From the NCBI GenBank assembly GCA_028826165.1, contig JAPDFW010000020.1:36713-77882 (forward strand): a stretch of DNA of 41,170 nt, given 5' to 3'. Source of the DNA: Anaeramoeba ignava BMAN. Its lineage: Eukaryota; Protista; Anaeramoebae. Positions 37,401 through 41,170 of this stretch are shown here, piece by piece (within the stretch, counting starts at the first letter, position 1; every line of letters starts with the position of its first letter). The notes beneath the pieces were generated by a model that had not been told where the DNA came from, did no database searches, and saw only the letters and a list, made by a program, of their open reading frames with translations. The translations under genes and the position numbers were made by a program.

Positions 37401-38922
37401 TCAATTATTAAAGCAATGAATAATTTCTCAAAAAGTGAAGATATTCAATTACAAGGATGCTTTGCATTAATGAATATTAGTGTTGATTCAGGTAATTAAT
37501 TATTAAACAAAAACATAAAACAAAAATATTTATTTAGGGAAATAAAAAATAAAACAGAAAATAAAATCAAAATTAGAGAATTAAATGGAATTGAATCAAT
37601 TATCAAATCAATGAATAATTTCCCAAATAATGAAAATATTCAATGGAAAGGATGCTGGGCATTATCGAATATTAGTGTTAATTCAGGTAATTAATTAATT
37701 GAAACAAATTATATCTTTTTTTTTAGATTAATTCCAATTTTATGTATTATTATAAAAAAATAAAACAGAAAATCAAATCAAAATTAGAGAATTAAATGGA
37801 ATTGAATCAATTATTAAAGCAATGAATAATTTCTCAAATAATGAAAATATTCAATTAAAAGGATGTTGGGCATTAATAAGTATTGGTGTTAATAAGGGTA
37901 ATTAATTAATTAATTATTTATTTATTTATTTTGGAAAGAATATTAATTAAATAAAAAATAAAAAAGAAAATCAAATCAAAATTAGAGAATTAAATGGAAT
38001 TGAATCAATTATTAAAGCAATGAATAATTTTCCAAAAAATGAAAATATTCAATTAAGAGGATGCTTTGCATTAATGAATATTGGTGTTAATTCAGGTAAT
38101 TAATTATTAAATAGAAAAATAAAACAAAAATATTTATTTTGGAAAGAATATTAATTAAATAAAAAACAAAAAAGAAAATCAAATCAAAATAAGAGAATTA
38201 AATGGAATTGAATCAATTATTAAAGCAATGAATAATTTTCCAAAAAATGAAGATATTCAATTAAGAGGATGTTGGGCATTAATGAATATTGGTGCTAATT
38301 CAGGTAATTAATTAATTAATTATTTATTTATTTATTTTGGAAAGAATATTAATTAAATAAAAAACAATCAAAAAAGAAAATAAAATCAAAATAAGAGAAT
38401 TAAATGGAATTGAAACAATTATCAAATCAATGAATAATTTCTCAAAAAATGAAGATATTCAATTAAGAGGATGTTGGACATTATGGCATATTTCTTTTAA
38501 TGAAAGTAAAAATCAAAATCAAAATCAAATTCAAAATCATTTGATTGATTTAAATACAATTTAATTTAAAAATATCGGTTTTTTGGAAATAAATAAAAAA
38601 AGAAAATGAAATCAAAATTAGAGAATTAAATGGAATTGAATCAATTATCAAAGCAATGAATAATTTCTCAAATAATGAAAATATTCAATTAAGAGGATTT
38701 TTGGCTTTATCAAATATTTCTTTAGATAATAAAGGTAATTAATTAATTAATCAAAAATAAAGAAAATGAATTATAAAAAAATTATTTTTTCCAATAGAAA
38801 ATATAAAAGAAATCCAAAGATTAAATGGAATTAATTTGATTATTCAAACATTGAAAAATTTCCCAAATCAAGAAAAAATACAAGAAATAGGAAACAAAAT
38901 ACTTCAACATTTATTTGATTGA
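33471..38922 (+). CDS. ARM-repeat exon-array gene C: 3 N-terminal exons, 22 single-repeat exons and a C-cap exon
   Basis: ATG 33471 MEKKIQNTLQKLIKNQKQ; phase-1 exons, mostly 129 nt; TGA 38920-22; no lesions noticed. Confidence 0.88.
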
Positions 38923-39007
38923 ATTTTATTCATTTTTCATTTTTCATTTTTTCAAATTTTTACAAATTAAATAAAATGAATTCAAATAAAAACAAAAGCA
39001 AAAACCA

Positions 39008-40722
39008 ATGAATGAAATTTTCTTTTTTGGCAAAAACTTATTTTTTGTATTCATAGATGAAATTCCATCAATAAAAGAACCATTTCCATTCAATTTTCCA
39101 AATGAAAAACAAATTAAACAAATTATTCCCAAAGAAACATCTGCAATTTTCCTTTTTGAAAATGGGGAAGCAATTGAATATAGAGATGATGCAAATAAAT
39201 ATTTAAAAAAAATTCAATTCAAAAATATCAAAAAAATAATTTCTGGTTATCAAATTGAAGCCATTTTAACTGAAGATGGGAACTTATTTGCTGAAGGATT
39301 AATGAAAACTTTATTAGGTATAAGAAATCGTAATTTTTCAACGAAATATCCTAATATTTCATCATTAATTGAAGATCCAAATGATAGAATAATTGAAGAT
39401 ATTGTTTGTTCTTCTGATACAGTTTACTTATTAAGTTCAAATCAAAATTGTTATGGTTTTGGATCTAATTTTCATTGTCAACTTGGATTAGATTCTGAAA
39501 CACTTAAAATATCTGAAAAACCTGTTTTAATGATGAAAAATGTTTCTAAAGTCTTTTCAGGAATTTCTTCTAATTCTGTTTTTATTTTAAATTCAAATCA
39601 AAAATTATTTGGATGTGGAAAAAATAACAATAGTCAACTTGGATTAGGTCCAAACAAAAGAAAAGATATTCATGAATTAACTCAAGTTCAAAGTATTCCA
39701 AAAGGCAAAATAATTGATATTCAAATGAGTAAAGGTCATTCAATAATGTTGATTGAAGATGAAAATGAAAAAAGAAAAATTTATTCATGTGGAAATTATG
39801 AACTAAATGGATTTGGTAGAAGTATCAATAAATTTACTGAACTCAAATCATCTTTTTTTGAACATGGTGATGTTATTTGATTTTTGTTGAGAAAATCATA
39901 CTTTATTTTAATATCAAATCGTACAATTATTGGATTTGGAAATAATGAATGGCGTCAATTAGGAACGAAAAAAAAATACTTTTATCAAACAAAACCAATT
40001 CGAATTAAACTTCATAAATTAACATTCAATATTTCTGATTATCATCTTTCTTGTGGTTTTCAAAATTCATTTATTTATTACATTCCTTCTCCTTTTTCTA
40101 ATCTTGAAGAAGATTTGATAAAAATATTTCGAAGAAAAGAATTTTGCGATATTTCATTTAAAACAATTAATCCAAATGAAAAGATTGAAGCTCATAAATT
40201 AATATTGAAATACAGATTAAAAGATCAAAATCAAATTGAAAAACTTCAAGAAATTATTTCAAAAATCAATTAAAGAATCAAATCAAATATTTGAAATGAT
40301 TTATTCAAATAATTCCAAAGTAAATCCAAAATTATATCCTGAAATTAAAGAAATTATAAATTTAAATGAAAAAATTGAAGAATCAATGAAAAGAATTTAT
40401 TTAAATGAAAATGAAAAAGAATAAAATGAAAATGAAAATGAAAATAAAAAAAAGTATAAATTCCCTAAATTAATATTAATAATGAGAAGTGAATTATATC
40501 GAGGAATGTTTTTATCTGTAACTGAAGATAAATCTAATAAAGTTACAGATTATAGTGAATTAAGTAATAAATCATTTCAAATATTTGAATATTGGATTTT
40601 ATTCAAATCAAATTAAAGATGAAATTCAAATTACACAACAAATTATCGATGAACTTAAAATGAGATTGATTATTTTCAATTAAATCAAAGCAAATCCAAA
40701 TTTATTGGATTTTATTAATTAA
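39008..40722 (+). CDS. RCC1-like beta-propeller plus C-terminal BTB/POZ domain(s); frameshifted in this assembly (error or young pseudogene)
   Basis: RCC1 motifs YGFGSNFHCQLG, FGCGKNNNSQLGLG, IGFGNNEWRQLG; BTB start FCDISFKT...IEAHKLILKYR; second BTB-like part LILIMRSELYRGMF; indels at ~39875-39905, ~40265 and further 3'. Confidence 0.8.
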
Positions 40723-40749
40723 AATTTTGTTTGCTAATCAAATTTGTTG

Positions 40750-41170
40750 AAATTCAATTCAATTTCAATTCATTTTTAAAATTCCAATTCAATTCGATTC
40801 AAAATTCCAATTCCAATTTGAATTAGTTAATTCGTTTTAATTCCAATTTAATTCAATTCAATTCAAAAGAATTTGATTCAATTTTAATTTTAATTCCAAA
40901 ATTCCAATTCCGATTCCCCATTCAAAATTCGATTCAATTCAATTTTAGATACCAAATTCCAATTCCAATTCAATTCCAAAATTTCCCAATTCAATTCAAT
41001 TCAAAATTGAAAATTCTAAAAATTCAATTCAGTTGATTCAATTCAAAATTCCAATTTCGATTTTAATTCAATTCAATTTAATTTCAATTCAATTTAATTC
41101 AATTCAAAAATTCAATTCAGAATTCCAAATTCAATTTAATTCAATTTAATTCAATTTGATCCAATTCAAT
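40750..41170 (+). repeat. Degenerate (AATTC/AATTCC)n microsatellite
   Basis: Directly visible; same family as 1-320. Confidence 0.85.

Noticed and set aside
23847-38733. Regular conserved-unit/variable-spacer pattern resembling a CRISPR or integron cassette array
   Set aside because: Conserved units are protein-coding 129-nt exons; the 'spacers' are GT-AG introns that recur in families; the context is eukaryotic with no cas or integrase gene
10325-38922. Alternative genetic code to explain the stop-interrupted ARM repeats
   Set aside because: Stops fall inside phase-consistent introns, and long ORFs end normally at TAA/TGA
40750-41170. Telomeric repeat or terminal repeats of a mobile element (similar AATTC tract at 1-320)
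   Set aside because: Degenerate, same orientation, and the left tract is intronic; a common microsatellite family

Overview
Very AT-rich, intron-rich eukaryotic DNA using the standard genetic code. The N/Q/L- and K/E-rich low-complexity proteins, an RCC1+BTB gene and a TLDc relic resemble an Anaeramoeba-like anaerobic protist; this is inferred from style only. The left half holds a large TPR-like protein with a CHAT/separase-like motif (5' part outside the window), an intronless 734-aa membrane-anchored protein, a diverged 20-exon armadillo (ARM) gene, a tandem PH-like gene, an MRH/ATG27-like receptor and a securin-like gene. The right half (23.0-38.9 kb) is almost invisible in the ORF track. 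It holds three tandem ARM-repeat genes in which nearly every repeat is its own 129-nt, phase-1/phase-1 exon (20, 16 and 22 repeat exons) between conserved cap exons, each gene followed by all or part of an RCC1-BTB gene. The repeat scaffold is nearly invariant, while the helix-3 positions that form the ARM ligand-binding groove vary in a shuffled, combinatorial way. This suggests a modular, recombination- or splicing-diversified recognition system. Exon boundaries were read by eye and may be off by a few nt. Several homopolymer frameshifts look like assembly errors.
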